From a bacterium (GTDB lineage Bacteria; Bacillota; Clostridia; Lachnospirales; Lachnospiraceae), in the NCBI GenBank assembly GCA_963600375.1, contig CAVCBH010000122.1, positions 1 through 60,116 of the forward strand: a stretch of 60,116 nucleotides of DNA, given 5' to 3'. The notes beneath the pieces were generated by a model, which saw only the letters and a program-made list of their open reading frames with translations, did no database searches and was not told the DNA's origin. Both the position numbers and the translations under genes were made by a program. Of the stretch, positions 58,230 to 60,116 are shown in pieces. Each line of letters begins with the position of its first letter. The first letter of the stretch is position 1.

Positions 58230-59078
58230 ATGAGAACAGGAATTATAGGTGCAGGGAAAGTTGGGTGTTCCCTTGGTAAGTATTTCAGATTAGGTAATCT
58301 GGAAGTAACAGGATATTACGATGTGAATGAGAATCTTGCAAGAGAGGCGGCGACCTTTACGGCGACGACCTTTATAAAAGATTTGGAGACAATTGTAAAG
58401 ATAAGTGATACTCTGTTTCTTACTGTTCCTGATGATCTGATTACCATAGTATGGAATCAGATTAAGGATATGCCCCTTGAGGGAAAGTTTATATGTCATT
58501 GCAGTGGTGCATTATCATCCGGAGATGCATTTCCCGGAATTGATGAATGTGGTGCTTTCGGATATTCTGTCCATCCGCTCTTTGCAGTCAGCGATAAATA
58601 CAATTCTTACAAAGAGCTGTCACATGCGTATTTTGTAATAGAAGGCGATGAGAAACATCGGGAAGAAATCGCCGGGATTTTTAAGAATCTTGGGAATCCG
58701 GTGCATTATATTGCAGCAAAAGATAAAGTAAAATATCATTGTGCTGCTGCCGTATGCAGTAATCATGTGGTTGCGCTGATACAGGAAAGTTTAGATCTGA
58801 TGCAGGAGTGTGGATTTGATGAAGAGAGTGCGCTTAAGGCATTAGCTCCGATTATGCTTGGAAATATGCAGCATATTGCGGAGTGCGGAACTGTAAATAG
58901 TCTCACTGGTCCGGTGGAAAGAGCCGATGTAAAGACTGTTGAAAAGCATTTGAATTGTCTCAATGAAAAGCAGCAGATGATCTATCGTCTTTTATCAGAA
59001 GTTCTTATTTCTATAGGAGAAAAAAAGAATCCAGGCAGAGATTATGGAAGACTTAAAGACATTCTCGGAAATGAGTAA
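58230..59078 (+). CDS. panG: Rossmann-like/DUF2520 protein, probable ketopantoate reductase PanG
   Basis: GIIGAGKVG, LTVPDD, HCSGA, SVHP, YHCAA..CSN, SLTGPVERAD; directly upstream of panB. Confidence 0.8.
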   Translation: MRTGIIGAGKVGCSLGKYFRLGNLEVTGYYDVNENLAREAATFTATTFIKDLETIVKISDTLFLTVPDDLITIVWNQIKDMPLEGKFICHCSGALSSGDAFPGIDECGAFGYSVHPLFAVSDKYNSYKELSHAYFVIEGDEKHREEIAGIFKNLGNPVHYIAAKDKVKYHCAAAVCSNHVVALIQESLDLMQECGFDEESALKALAPIMLGNMQHIAECGTVNSLTGPVERADVKTVEKHLNCLNEKQQMIYRLLSEVLISIGEKKNPGRDYGRLKDILGNE

Positions 59079-59195
59079 GGCTGTTTAAACACAAGTCATT
59101 TTATGATTTTATCAGATGATGATTTTATGAAACGATGACTTTGTATAAGGGTTGCATTGCAATGATGTAAGGGACAGCAGATCAGGAGGTATATA

Positions 59196-60023
59196 ATGAA
59201 GAACACGGTAACAACTTTTCAGGCAATGAAAGATAAAGGTGAAAAGATTTCCATGCTGACAGCATACGATTATTCCACAGCAAAGTTAGAAGATGCTGCA
59301 GGAATTAACGGAATCTTAGTTGGGGATTCCCTTGGTAATGTTATTTTAGGATATGATACTACAATCCCTGTAACAGTAGAAGATATGATTCATCATGGAG
59401 CTGCTGTTGCAAGAGGAGCAAAGAATTCTTTAGTTGTAGTAGATATGCCTTTCCTTTCTTATCAGACTTCTGTTTATGATGCAGTTGTAAATGCTGGAAA
59501 GATTATGAAAGAGACACAGTGTGACTGTGTGAAGCTAGAAGGTGGAAAGAGTGTGTGCCCACAGATTAAGGCAATTACAGACGCTTCTATTCCAGTAATG
59601 GCACATCTTGGACTTACTCCACAGTCCGTCAATGCATTTGGTGGATTTAAAGTACAGGGAAAAACTTTAGAGGCAGCACAGCAGCTTATCGAAGATGCAA
59701 AGGCAGTAGAAGAAGCCGGTGCATTTGCAGTTGTTTTAGAATGTGTTCCAGCCAAACTTGCCCGCAGGATAACAGAGGCATTACACATTCCTACGATTGG
59801 AATCGGGGCAGGTGAAGGCTGTGACGGACAGATTCTTGTCTATGCAGATATGCTCTCTATGTTTTCTGATTTTACACCAAAGTTTGTGCGAAGCTTTGCA
59901 AATGTAGGGGAGATTATGTCACAGGCATTTAAAGATTATGATGCTGCAGTAAAGGACAGCTCTTTTCCGGCACAGGAACATACATTTAAGATTGATGATG
60001 AAGTGTTAGAGAAGCTTTACTAA
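59196..60023 (+). CDS. panB: 3-methyl-2-oxobutanoate hydroxymethyltransferase
   Basis: [45 protein letters not shown]. Confidence 0.98.
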   Translation: MKNTVTTFQAMKDKGEKISMLTAYDYSTAKLEDAAGINGILVGDSLGNVILGYDTTIPVTVEDMIHHGAAVARGAKNSLVVVDMPFLSYQTSVYDAVVNAGKIMKETQCDCVKLEGGKSVCPQIKAITDASIPVMAHLGLTPQSVNAFGGFKVQGKTLEAAQQLIEDAKAVEEAGAFAVVLECVPAKLARRITEALHIPTIGIGAGEGCDGQILVYADMLSMFSDFTPKFVRSFANVGEIMSQAFKDYDAAVKDSSFPAQEHTFKIDDEVLEKLY

Positions 60024-60062
60024 AGAGATAAATCTTTGCATGAATTTTAAATAAGTACATCT

Positions 60063-60116
60063 TAGAGCGTGTTTGAAAAATCATTCCTGCAATCTGCACA
60101 CCTCAATTTACGGTAT
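60063..60116 (+). mobile_element. Family B MITE left part (runs off window)
   Basis: TAGAGCGTGTTTGAAAAATCATTCCTGCAATCTGCACACCTCAATTTACGGTAT. Confidence 0.82.

Noticed and set aside
1754..59788. Numerous short antisense or overlapping ORFs in the six-frame track (e.g. 2650-3237, 11405-11905, 23729-24202, 32050-32553)
   Set aside because: They shadow well-supported genes and have no RBS or recognisable motif

Overview
Low-GC Firmicute chromosomal segment. Gene content and protein style suggest Lachnospiraceae, possibly Anaerobutyricum/Eubacterium hallii-like (inference, not checked). Most genes are housekeeping and on the + strand: serS with a Ser T-box, dnaE-pfkA, rpe-mrp-ftsH-uvrC-hprK, murB-rapZ-whiA-HPr-like, murA-metK, and panG-panB with a pan-like leader RNA. 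The window also has a stand-alone rfbABDC cluster, a MarR + heterodimeric ABC exporter, a complete jetD-jetA-jetB-jetC (type III-like Wadjet) anti-plasmid locus, and an SBP-HK-RR-SBP sensing module (second SBP frameshifted) in front of a FruR-less fruK-fruA operon. A full-length GlgB-like protein lacks its catalytic Asp residues. The most unusual signal is non-coding: two dispersed repeat families. Family A is a ~135-bp hairpin with a conserved ACA-GAC-G bulged base, a conserved core and a fixed-length (27-28 nt) arm. The arm sequence differs in every copy yet stays self-complementary, and a copy sits in all four convergent gene junctions. Family B is a ~163-bp TIR MITE. No transposase, integrase, tRNA, rRNA or CRISPR array was seen. 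All assignments come from visual motif recognition; no database searches were run.
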